A stretch of DNA of 39,684 bases. Source: Octopus bimaculoides. Its lineage: Eukaryota. A program made the translations under genes and the position numbers. Where the stretch lies: the NCBI RefSeq assembly GCF_001194135.2, contig NC_068983.1:43781544-43821227 (forward strand), in the 5' to 3' direction. Under the pieces are notes generated by a model. That model ran no database searches. It was not told where the DNA came from and was given only the letters and a program-made list of their open reading frames with translations. How positions within the stretch are numbered: position 1 is the stretch's first letter; each line of letters starts with the position of its first letter. Below, one piece after another: positions 1 through 10,139 of the stretch.

Positions 1-1350
1 ATATATATATATATATATACTCATCAGTAATACTAACACCATCACAGCTGGTAGAGGCCGACTCCTTTGTCAGTATTATGGAGAATGACATAGGAATCAG
101 TGACTGGTTTCCCAAAATGGCAATGTGAAAACTATAAAATAATCAAGGTCGCTAGCAGCAATTTAAACCCAACAAGGAAATAATTCACCGTCACTAAGAG
201 TGCCAAGGATGCAGTGAGCACCAGCATTGCTAGGAATAGGAGTCGTAGACTCCTTAGCCATAAAAGCACATGGTCTCTTTGTTTTGACAGGGGAGAAGAC
301 CTTCTCCACAATGAGCGTATGTATGTATAATATGAATAAAATTATAAAAATACAGAAAATGCATTTGGTATTTTAAACTTCATAAAGCATGTTTCGATAA
401 ATCAGCTAACAGGATTACACAACCGCTTTGTGAAATTACATAATCTTATCGATTTACCTCATCAGCGTTTTTGAAAATGTGTGTGTAGGAGAGAGAGAAA
501 GAAAGAGGGAAAGGAAGAGAGAGCGGGAGAGATCATTATGTCATGATTTAACGTTAGTGTTTCATCGGGCGGGAAGCAGTTGACAGGATCCGATTCGTCC
601 AAGAAGTATATCATGCTCCAATATCTGTTTTGGCATGGTCTGCAGCTTTAGCGCATANNNNNNNNNNNNNNNNNNNNNNNNNNNNNNNNNNNNNNNNNNN
701 NNNNNNNNNNNNNNNNNNNNNNNNNNNNNNNNNNNNNNNNNNNNNNNNNNNNNNNNNNNNNNNNNNNNNNNNNNNNNNNNNNNNNNNNNNNNNNNNNNNN
801 NNNNNNNNNNNNNNNNNNNNNNNNNNNNNNNNNNNNNNNNNNNNNNNNNNNNNNNNNNNNNNNNNNNNNNNNNNNNNNNNNNNNNNNNNNNNNNNNNNNN
901 NNNNNNNNNNNNNNNNNNNNNNNNNNNNNNNNNNNNNNNNNNNNNNNNNNNNNNNNNNNNNNNNNNNNNNNNNNNNNNNNNNNNNNNNNNNNNNNNNNNN
1001 NNNNNNNNNNNNNNNNNNNNNNNNNNNNNNNNNNNNNNNNNNNNNNNNNNNNNNNNNNNNNNNNNNNNNNNNNNNNNNNNNNNNNNNNNNNNNNNNNNNN
1101 NNNNNNNNNNNNNNNNNNNNNNNNNNNNNNNNNNNNNNNNNNNNNNNNNNNNNNNNNNNNNNNNNNNNNNNNNNNNNNNNNNNNNNNNNNNNNNNNNNNN
1201 NNNNNNNNNNNNNNNNNNNNNNNNNNNNNNNNNNNNNNNNNNNNNNNNNNNNNNNNNNNNNNNNNNNNNNNNNNNNNNNNNNNNNNNNNNNNNNNNNNNN
1301 NNNNNNNNNNNNNNNNNNNNNNNNNNNNNNNNNNNNNNNNNNNNNNNNNN

Positions 1351-1796
1351 GTTAGTTCACTTTCATGAGCTACTTGACGTGTTGATTTGTGTGGGCCGTG
1401 ATTAAACATTTCCTGCACTATTGCCACGTTCTCCGCTGATCGGGATGTGGTTGGACGGCTACCTCTTCTTGCATCATTCACAGAGCTCGTGGTCATCAGC
1501 TTTGCATGATAACATTTTATCGTCTCCGGACGTAGTGCTGCATGTTACCTTTCCATGCACGCCACCGTCTCTGAACCAAAACAATGGAATTCCACACTTC
1601 ATAGCGTGCTGCTATCTTAGCTCGCTGCATCAAAGTCAAGCGACCGGCCATCTGGAAAATAAGAAATAAGAAATATGACAATAAGAAAATAAGAAATTCC
1701 CATTAGTCTGTTTAAGAAACGTTTTCGTCGTGACTTCAGTGATACTAAAAATTCTATAAGTAATCTCTAATCCTAGAGTACTTTCCACCCACCCTG
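1351..1796 (-). mobile_element. Tc1/mariner DNA transposon remnant (5' end and HTH-type transposase N-terminus, frameshifted)
   Basis: Minus strand starts TA|CAGGGTGGGTGGAAAGTACTC (TA at 1797-1798). ATG at 1651 gives MAGRLTLMQRAKIAARYEVWNSIVLVQRRWRAWKG[fs]HAALRPETIKCYHAKLMTTSSVNDARRGSRPTTSRSAENVAIVQEMFNHGPHKSTRQVAHESEL, then runs into gap 658-1350. Confidence 0.8.
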
Positions 1797-2306
1797 TAGT
1801 CTAGCCAAAGAAATGTAATAATAGCTTTCTTGGAAACAGGTAAGAGTTAGCAACAAGAAACGTGTCCTTCCACAGAGAAAATCTGTTTTAACGAATTCCG
1901 ACTGATCGCATATCCATCGCTGTACATATTCTATTTCACTACTTTAACTCATGTGTTTATGTCAATTTATCTCACCCCAAAAATGTGCAATTACCTCCCC
2001 TGTCCCGAATAATAACAATGACCAGTTACCTGCCCTTATATTTTTTGCATATGCTGATACGTTTACAAACTCGTACAAGAACATGTGCTAAAATCTTCTT
2101 AAGAAAATACAGAATTGTAATAATTCCAATATCATGATTAGCGAAAGTGAAACCGGTCGACTATCACAACAGTTATTTAAAATATATTAAAACTATGCAA
2201 ACTGTGTGCATTTTCCTATTTATTTTTGCATTACAACTCACTACGCGAAAATAATCGCCTTTTTAAAATTCTTTTCTTACTATATGTATGTGTGTATGCA
2301 TATGTG

Positions 2307-2346
<40 letters not shown>

Positions 2347-2360
2347 CATACATACATACA

Positions 2361-2393
<33 letters not shown>

Positions 2394-2438
2394 GCACATA
2401 CGCACACATATATAATACGACTTTGTACTTTTATATAG

Positions 2439-2647
2439 ACAAGGAGTGTGGACCGAACCAAATATGGAAGACTTGTGGAAAATTAACAGATGTTAAAACT
2501 TGCTTTGAACAGAATGCGAACCAATTAAACAATTCAAAAGAACAATGTTCTGAAGGATGCTTCTGCAAAGAAGGATTTATCCGACAAGAAAATGAATGTA
2601 TACTTCCGAGCGACTGCGGTTGCGTTTACAACGATGTATATTATGCG
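2439..2647 (+). CDS. Exon A: TIL domain plus start of TILa
   Basis: ttttatatag|AC...GCG|gtatga. (D)KECGPNQIWKTCGKLTDVKTCFEQNANQLNNSKEQCSEGCFCKEGFIRQENECILPSDCGCVYNDVYYA matches the TIL GCxCxxGF...C...C pattern. Phase 1-0, 209 nt. Confidence 0.92.
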
Positions 2648-3329
2648 GTATGACCAACATGATTTTTATACTCTGTTTAATGAAATGTGAATAACGTGTA
2701 TTGGTTTTATGTGACTGTGTAGTTAAGACGTGTCATGAAGATGTCTTTTAGATGTTGTTGTTTTTGTTGTTGAGTTTTACTTTTTTATTCGCTATGTGGT
2801 TGTGCTGAGTTACTAGCTGCGCAACTGAACAACACCTCGTGAACAATTAATAGAAGTTTTATTTACTGCACATAGTATTTTTCATGTTGGTCTATGAATG
2901 ATGAATACAAGCAATAATTTATACAGATGGGAAAAAAATAAACTCTGCAGTTATGACAAAATAGCTGGTTAGTGTAGCTCCGTGACTACACTGTCACGAT
3001 TGGAGAAATATATTAAATTCAAGACAGCAAATCTGTAGCTGCCAACTTCTCGGTTAAATAAGTAGTTGTTAAACAACTATTAGCATCCCGTTTTTGCTCC
3101 AGCTAAAAAAAGAAAATGAAAATAAGAATGTTGTTTTCGTAACGGTGGCCTCCAACATTCTGAAGTTTTAGCGCCAAAAATTCATCTAAGCCACGTTAGA
3201 AAGTTCTAGAAGACTGTATCACGTGATGGCTCAACGCTGATTGGTCAGTAACTTAGCTGATCAATGATTATGGTTAAGCCATGACTCTTACTCGGCAATT
3301 CATCGATTCGGTTTCGAATCTGCTACAGA

Positions 3330-3480
3330 CGCTTGCTTCCCAATCATGTGGATTCGGGTTCGGTTACACTGCGTGGCACTAGGATAAGTGTCTTCTACTA
3401 TAGGCCCTGGACCGGCCGAAAGCCTTGTGAGTGGATTTGCAGGACAGAAACTGAAAGAAGCCCATCGTGTGTGTGTGTGT
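3330..3480 (+). mobile_element. SINE family 2, head half followed by (TG)n
   Basis: catgtggattcgggttcggttacactgcgtggcac...gccttgtgagtggatttg...aaactgaaagaagccc matches other family-2 copies. Confidence 0.75.
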
Positions 3481-3628
3481 GTGTGTGTGTGCGTGTGCGC
3501 GCGTGTTCAATCGTTCATTTCACGTTCCTTTTTCCGTGTTAGTATGAATTAGTGGACTATAAATAACTTGCAGAGTTTTCGTTTCCTTTGATAAATTTAT
3601 TGATTCTGAAAACGTCGTTATTTTTCAG

Positions 3629-3803
3629 ATAGGTGATCAAATTGTAATAAACGATTGTTCAGAGAAGGCGTTCTGTGAACAGAATGGCACAATCAAATTC
3701 TCTAATCATGCTTGCCATGAAGACGCGACCTGTAAAATAAAAGACGGTGTATTCGACTGCTTCTGCAACAATGGATTCTTCGGTAATGGTACCCAATGCT
3801 ACG
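3629..3803 (+). CDS. Exon B: TILa remainder plus EGF-like module
   Basis: tatttttcag|ATA...TACG|gtaagt. IGDQIVINDCSEKAFCEQNGTIKFSNHACHEDATCKIKDGVFDCFCNNGFFGNGTQCY. Phase 0-1, 175 nt; not in the ORF track. Confidence 0.92.
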
Positions 3804-5268
3804 GTAAGTATGAGATAAAGAAGTAGTAAAAATATGGGAGAGGCGTGCATTCTAACAGCACGTCATTGCATCCACCATTTGTTGGTCGATGATACTTTTA
3901 CACCACTCAGGCGATAATCCTCCAGCCTATGGGTCTGTTTGGGTAGTCGTTGCCGGTGTGGTTTTTACCTGGTCGAAGTGCAAATCCTACCGCAACATCA
4001 TTTCGATCCCTTTTATGACACGTGAAGGAAACGTTGGGGTTCTTCTTTCATATGCCTATCCCTACACAGCACAAGATCAAGAAGCATCAAAGTTGAACTA
4101 ACGCAGCGTGGTTTTATTTGAAAGTTCAAGCCAATATAATATGATGGAGGACGTGAGTAGTGTCTTCAGGTTTTATCTGAAACATTGCGAAGATGCATGG
4201 CCCCGTGGTTAGGGATTTGCACTCGTGGTCATAATTTATTTTTTAATTCAAATATTAAGAGCTTTCATTCTTAAAGCAAACTAATATATATNNNNNNNNN
4301 NNNNNNNNNNNNNNNNNNNNNNNNNNNNNNNNNNNNNNNNNNNNNNNNNNNNNNNNNNNNNNNNNNNNNNNNNNNNNNNNNNNNNNNNNNNNNNNNNNNN
4401 NNNNNNNNNNNNNNNNNNNNNNNNNNNNNNNNNNNNNNNNNNNNNNNNNNNNNNNNNNNNNNNNNNNNNNNNNNNNNNNNNNNNNNNNNNNNNNNNNNNN
4501 NNNNNNNNNNNNNNNNNNNNNNNNNNNNNNNNNNNNNNNNNNNNNNNNNNNNNNNNNNNNNNNNNNNNNNNNNNNNNNNNNNNNNNNNNNNNNNNNNNNN
4601 NNNNNNNNNNNNNNNNNNNNNNNNNNNNNNNNNNNNNNNNNNNNNNNNNNNNNNNNNNNNNNNNNNNNNNNNNNNNNNNNNNNNNNNNNNNNNNNNNNNN
4701 NNNNNTATATATATATATATATATATCGTTTGGAGATTTGGTTTGCAAGATTCTTTTAATAGATAGATGTATAAATATATAAAGTATGATTATTTAAAAA
4801 CTTTAAAAGTTTAAAATATCTTACGATCGTTTCGTGAATGTGTTACCCTTAGAAATGGAATCTAAATTTGATAATCATTATTAGGTAATACATCCACTCG
4901 TCAGAGATAAAGAGGGTGAATTTCCGTGTTTAAAAATATATGAAAAAGATGTTTAAAAGTTTATATATACAACTATAAAAGGCAAAAATTTAATTACTTT
5001 TATTTTCTGCATTTATGGATCACATATTGAAGAGAACTGAATTATGGGATTTATATTACACACAGCCATTATGGATTACCACATAGTATTTTACCACGGA
5101 TGTATATTTTTCCTTCAAAATTTAGCACAAGATTGTACAAACGCATATTTATGACAGTAACTTTTAAACATAATCATCCACACCAATCGCAATCAACACT
5201 ACCACCACCATCACTACCACCACCATCACTACCACCACCATCACTACCACCACCATCACTACCACCAC

Positions 5269-5301
<33 letters not shown>

Positions 5302-5615
5302 GGCTCATCTGAGATCAAGCTACATCTGAGATCATGCAACATGGCATCACATTTCTTTTGAGAGGACCAGACGTCCACAGAGGGGAGGGTGGGATAAAAG
5401 TCTCCAGGGCGCAGGCCGAGCTGGCTCCCTATCGCCTTGATCACCTCGCGCTCCCTGATCACACTTGGTTTAGTTGTGTTGCGGAGAACCCTGTTAATGA
5501 CGAAATGTTAATGACCGATGAAAGAAAAGCCAGCAGGGCCAGTGAGACCACCTCTTAATCTCTCATTTTATTTTTTGAATTCAAATATTAAAGCTACAAT
5601 TCCTTCATCTTGTAG

Positions 5616-5732
5616 AGGACTTCTGCCAAAAAATGTCCAACTGTACAGCTCCTGCTGAATGTGTGAGTGTCCCAAATGGATTTTACTGCCAATGTCCCGA
5701 CGGCTACAACACCAACTGCGAATTTTGTGAAG
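5616..5732 (+). CDS. Exon C: EGF-like domain
   Basis: ttcatcttgtag|AG...GAAG|gtaggc. (E)DFCQKMSNCTAPAECVSVPNGFYCQCPDGYNTNCEFCE. Phase 1-1, 117 nt. Confidence 0.9.
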
Positions 5733-5767
5733 GTAGGCTATATATTGTGTATTTCTTTTTTACTCTG

Positions 5768-6037
5768 GGCAAAGGCCCGAAATTTTGGGGGAGGGTGCCA
5801 GTCGATTAGATCGACCCCAGTACGCAACTGCTACTTATTTTAACGACCCCAAAAGGACGAAAGGCAAAGTCGACCTCGGCGGAATTTGAACCCAGAACAC
5901 TTGTACTTATTTTATCGGCCCCGAATGGATGAAAAGCAAAGTCGACCTCGGCAGAATTTGAACCCAGAACGTAAAGATGGACGAAATACCGCAAAGCATT
6001 CCATCCGGCTGTTAACGTTTCTACCAGCTCACTACCT
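5768..6037 (-). mobile_element. tRNA-derived SINE, family 1 (with internal duplication)
   Basis: Reverse complement of the ggcggcgagctggcagaa...ctgagttcaaattccgccgaggtcgac...gtaccagttgcgtactggggtcgatc consensus seen at 13663, 23032, 30419 and 38126-38975. Confidence 0.85.
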
Positions 6038-6477
6038 TTATATGTTGTGTATTTGAAGTTGTACCATTAGGCCATCAATGTACCTATTTAACACTGAGTA
6101 TAAGCACAGAGAGAACTGATATCCTAAGACCACCTTGGTAATGCTCGTCCGTGAGAGGCTCTTCCCCACCCCTATCCCTACCCTTTCTGCCTCATCAACC
6201 TTCCCCTCACACGCACACATTTTATCCCCTGACACCTATCATTTCCTTATCACCTAAGAGTAGAATAAGCTCATACTACATACCCCATCATTCATCTTTC
6301 TCATACGCCTTTCTTCACCCACCTCAACTCAGTTCCATTCCCCTTTGTCTTCCCCGTCTTGTGTCCCCACCAATCTCCTCCGTTCTGCGCCTTTTTCCCC
6401 CGCTGTGCTGTTCTCCATCATTAACACCTCACTTATCTGCTATCACCCAGGCCTCTTTCTCTCCATCATTTGTTCTA

Positions 6478-6750
6478 GGCCATGAGTTCAATTCCTGGCA
6501 GCACGCTACATCCTTGAGGAAGACACTTTATTTCACGTTGGTCCATCCCAATCAGCTGGCAAAAATGAGTAGTACCTGTATTTCAAAGGACCAGCCTTGT
6601 CACACTCTGTGTCACACCGAATCTCCCTAAGAACTACATTAAGGGTATACATGTCTGTAAAGGTCCTAACCACCTGTACTTTAATTTCATGAGCAGACTG
6701 TTCTATTGATCAGATCAGCTTGAACCTTCATCGTCACAGTAGAGTGCCAG
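6478..6750 (+). mobile_element. tRNA-derived SINE, family 4 (degenerate)
   Basis: gagttcaattcctgg B-box; ttcaaaggaccagccttgtcacactctgtgtcac...gaatctcc matches the reverse complement of 29082-29502. Confidence 0.78.
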
Positions 6751-6878
6751 TTGCCCCAACATGTTCACCTCTACAAAAGTAACCATATTTTCAATTCTAT
6801 ATTTAAGAGATGAGGAATTATGTACATTATTTACATTATTTACATTTGACGGATATTTGTCCTCATCTTGTTTGTTGT

Positions 6879-6922
6879 TAACACGTTTCGGCTGATATAC
6901 CCTCCAGCCTTCATCAGGTATC
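6879..6922 (-). ncRNA. Minimal hammerhead ribozyme motif, antisense copy with 3-nt deletion
   Basis: Reverse complement reads gatac-CTGATGA-a-ggctg-(gagggtatat)-cagcc-GAAA-c-gtgtt. Stem II is perfect, but the gtt present in the other copy is missing. Confidence 0.6.
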
Positions 6923-6983
6923 TTGGAGAAATTTCGAACCCGGATTCTCGTTCCTAAGGAATTTTTCGATGTTGTTGTTGTTG

Positions 6984-7047
<64 letters not shown>

Positions 7048-7051
<4 letters not shown>

Positions 7052-8878
7052 TAGTTTTATTTTTATAAGGTGCTTTCACTTCACTACCGAGCGCAGCTCT
7101 GTGTGCCTTGGGTATGTGCTGTGGTTTGCTGTGATGCTCTTNNNNNNNNNNNNNNNNNNNNNNNNNNNNNNNNNNNNNNNNNNNNNNNNNNNNNNNNNNN
7201 NNNNNNNNNNNNNNNNNNNNNNNNNNNNNNNNNNNNNNNNNNNNNNNNNNNNNNNNNNNNNNNNNNNNNNNNNNNNNNNNNNNNNNNNNNNNNNNNNNNN
7301 NNNNNNNNNNNNNNNNNNNNNNNNNNNNNNNNNNNNNNNNNNNNNNNNNNNNNNNNNNNNNNNNNNNNNNNNNNNNNNNNNNNNNNNNNNNNNNNNNNNN
7401 NNNNNNNNNNNNNNNNNNNNNNNNNNNNNNNNNNNNNNNNNNNNNNNNNNNNNNNNNNNNNNNNNNNNNNNNNNNNNNNNNNNNNNNNNNNNNNNNNNNN
7501 NNNNNNNNNNNNNNNNNNNNNNNNNNNNNNNNNNNNNNNNNNNNNNNNNNNNNNNNNNNNNNNNNNNNNNNNNNNNNNNNNNNNNNNNNNNNNNNNNNNN
7601 NNNNNNNNNNNNNNNNNNNNNNNNNNNNNNNNNNNNNNNNNNNNNNNNNNNNNNNNNNNNNNNNNNNNNNNNNNNNNNNNNNNNNNNNNNNNNNNNNNNN
7701 NNNNNNNNNNNNNNNNNNNNNNNNNNNNNNNNNNNNNNNNNNNNNNNNNNNNNNNNNNNNNNNNNNNNNNNNNNNNNNNNNNNNNNNNNNNNNNNNNNNN
7801 NNNNNNNNNNNNNNNNNNNNNNNNNNNNNNNNNNNNNNNNNNNNNNNNNNNNNNNNNNNNNNNNNNNNNNNNNNNNNNNNNNNNNNNNNNNNNNNNNNNN
7901 NNNNNNNNNNNNNNNNNNNNNNNNNNNNNNNNNNCAGTATTTGCCACGAAGGGGCTTTTCTTGCCATCGTTTTATCATGGTCCGTTGCCGTTCTAGTTTT
8001 AGTTTGGATTTCATTTGTTTTATAGCTTTTCTTCTTCTTCTTCTTCTTCTTCTTCTTCTTCTTCTTCTTCTTCTTCTTCTTCTTCATATTTGTTAGGTAG
8101 TATGATTTCTTGTTTGCATTTGTTAGATTCCTTAAATACTGAAAACGGTTTTTTTGTTTTGCTCGTGTTTTGTGGCTATTTGTATTAGTTTTCTTTGCTT
8201 CTGAAGTAGGTATTTTTGCAGTCCTATGGTGGTTATTTTATAATAGTTTTCCAGCTGTATAAGGCCTCTACCACCTTCTGTACGTTGTATATATAGCCTT
8301 TCTATGTCAGATTTAGGGTAGTGCATCCTAGATCCTGTCATTATTTTTCTTGTTTTCCTGTCTATTTTGGTTAGTTCATTTAGTGTCCAGTTAAGGATAT
8401 TGTAGCTGTAACTTATAACTGGGACGGCTAAAGTGTTAATACCTATTATCTTGTTTTTAGCTTTGAGCTCTGTTTTCAGTATTGATCTAATTCGTCCATA
8501 ATATTCTTTCTTTATTTTCTCTTTCATTTGTGTGTGTTGTATCCTATCTAGTTCATTGATTCCTAAATATTTGTATGTCTAGCTTTGGTCTAATTCCCTT
8601 ATTTCATTGGCTTTATCAAGTGTAATGTTGCTCCTCTTAACTAGTTTTCCTCTTTTCAGGGTTGCTTTGGCACATTTTTCTAATCCAAATTTCATATCTA
8701 TTTCTTTGGTAAACCCATGTACTGTCTGNNNNNNNNNNTCATATCTATTTCTTTGGTAAACCCATGTACTGTCTGTAGTAGTGTTTCCAGCTGTTTATCA
8801 TTTGTAGCGTATAGTTTTAGGTCATCCAAATATAAAAGGTGGTTGATTGTTTTTGCCGTAGCATTTGTATCTGCAACC
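7048..8878 (-). mobile_element. 5'-truncated R4/Dong-like (RLE) non-LTR retrotransposon, degenerate ORF, interrupted by gap 7142-7934
   Basis: Minus translation: NHLLYLDDLKLYATND (RT motif), KFGLEKCA, YKYLGI, KNKIIGINTLAVPVISYS, KIDRKTRKIM, LYIQRTEGGRGL, RWQEKPLRGKY. 3' end ...aaaactactgaa followed by (AAT)n; internal (GAA)n of about 19 units at 8029-8085. Confidence 0.88.
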
Positions 8879-8968
8879 CACTGCTTGGAATCGAGCTCAG
8901 AATCTTTGGGTTAACTTAAGAGCGCGGACTACTAACCTCAAGATTCCGAGTTCGATTCCAAGCAGTGA

Positions 8969-9010
<42 letters not shown>

Positions 9011-9059
9011 CATCGAAAAATACCTTAGGAATGAGAACCCAGGTTCGAAATTTCCCCAA

Positions 9060-9105
9060 GACACCTGATGAAGGCTGGAGGGTATATCAGCGGAAACGTT
9101 GTGTT
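9060..9105 (+). ncRNA. Minimal type-I hammerhead ribozyme motif (Penelope-type), sense copy
   Basis: gacac-CTGATGA-a-ggctg-(gagggtatat)-cagcg-GAAA-cgtt-gtgtt. Core, stem II, palindromic AACGTT in place of stem III, stem I gacac/gtgtt. The stem-II closing pair is G.G in this copy. Confidence 0.7.
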
Positions 9106-9201
9106 AACAACAAACAAGATGAGGACAATTATCCATCAAATGTAAATAAGTAACCATATTTTACCTCAATTAATTTACCAATGTCTCAATCTCTTCTACA
9201 G

Positions 9202-9324
9202 ACATTAATGAATGTCTAACCAACACAGATGATTGCGATAAAGTCGGTCAATGTATCAACACCAATGGTTCCTACGAATGTAGCTGTCCTAAAGGCTATT
9301 ACATGAATAACAATAAATGCGAAG
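9202..9324 (+). CDS. Exon D: calcium-binding EGF domain
   Basis: ctcttctacag|AC...GAAG|gtaact. (D)INECLTNTDDCDKVGQCINTNGSYECSCPKGYYMNNNKCE has the DINEC motif and the CxNxxGSYxCxC hydroxylation consensus. Phase 1-1, 123 nt. Confidence 0.95.
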
Positions 9325-9344
9325 GTAACTCTTGTTAATCTTCC

Positions 9345-10020
9345 TTACGTTTTCTCCTTCTTCTCCTCCTCTTCCTTCTCCTCCTTTTCTTTTTCTTCTT
9401 CTCCCCCTCCTCTTTCTTCTCATTCTTTTTCTCCTCCGTCTTTTCTCCTCCTCCTCTTTCTTCTCATTCTTTTCCTCCTTCTCCTTTGTCTTCTCTCCTC
9501 CACCTCTTTTTCTCATCCTCCTCCTTTTCCTCTTCTTTCTTCTCATTCTTTTTCTCCTTTTCCTTTGTCTTTTTCTCCTTTTTCTCCTCCTCTTTCTTCT
9601 TTTCCTTCTCCTCCTCCTTCTTATCCTCCTCTTCTTCTCATTCTTTTTCTCTTCCTTTGTCTTTTTCTCCTCCTCCTTCTCCTCCTTTTCTCCTCTTCCT
9701 TCTCCTTCTCTTCCTTCTCCTCCTTTTTCTCCTCCTCCTTCTTATTCTTCTCCTTCTTATCCTCCTCCTCTTTCTTCTCATTCTTTTTTTTCTCCTTTGT
9801 CTTTTTCTCCTTTTTCCTCCTCCTTCTCCTCCTCCTCTCCTTTCTTCTTCTCATTCTTTTTTGCTCCTTTGTCTTTTCTCCTCTTCCTTCTCCTCCTCCT
9901 TCTTCTTATCCTCCTGTCCTTCTCTTCTCATTCTTTTTCTTCTTCACCTTTGTCTTGTTCTCCTCCTCCTTCTTCTCCTACTTCTTCTTCTTATCTTTTA
10001 CTTCTCCTCCTCCTCCTTGA
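9345..10020. repeat. Polypyrimidine (CTT/CTC) low-complexity tract
   Basis: About 670 nt almost entirely C/T on the + strand, with internal repeated blocks; starts about 20 nt after the exon D donor. Confidence 0.95.
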
Positions 10021-10139
10021 ATAATGTTTAACTCAACCAAACAAAAGCACATGAGACAATTCAAAATATAATTTTCTTGTATCAATCAACCATAAGCTAA
10101 ATCCCTTCCAGATTATCTAAGAGATTAACAACTAGTTAA

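Larger units (their letters stand above)
6777..9162. mobile_element. Composite palindromic insertion (two head-to-head copies of a tRNA-head/(AAT)n/Penelope-like-tail element) with 15-bp TSD
   Basis: Identical direct repeat aagtaaccatatttt at 6777-6791 and 9148-9162. 6792-6971 is the reverse complement of 9008-9147 with a few differences. Central stem 8879-8905 / 8941-8967 has 2 mismatches in 27 nt. Confidence 0.8.

Noticed and set aside
8693-8775. Direct duplication around a 10-N gap (also 29315-29404)
   Set aside because: Typical contig-overlap assembly artefact, not a biological duplication.
9289-10031. Lys/Arg/Glu-rich and Leu/Phe/Ser-rich ORFs
   Set aside because: Translations of the intronic polypyrimidine tract.
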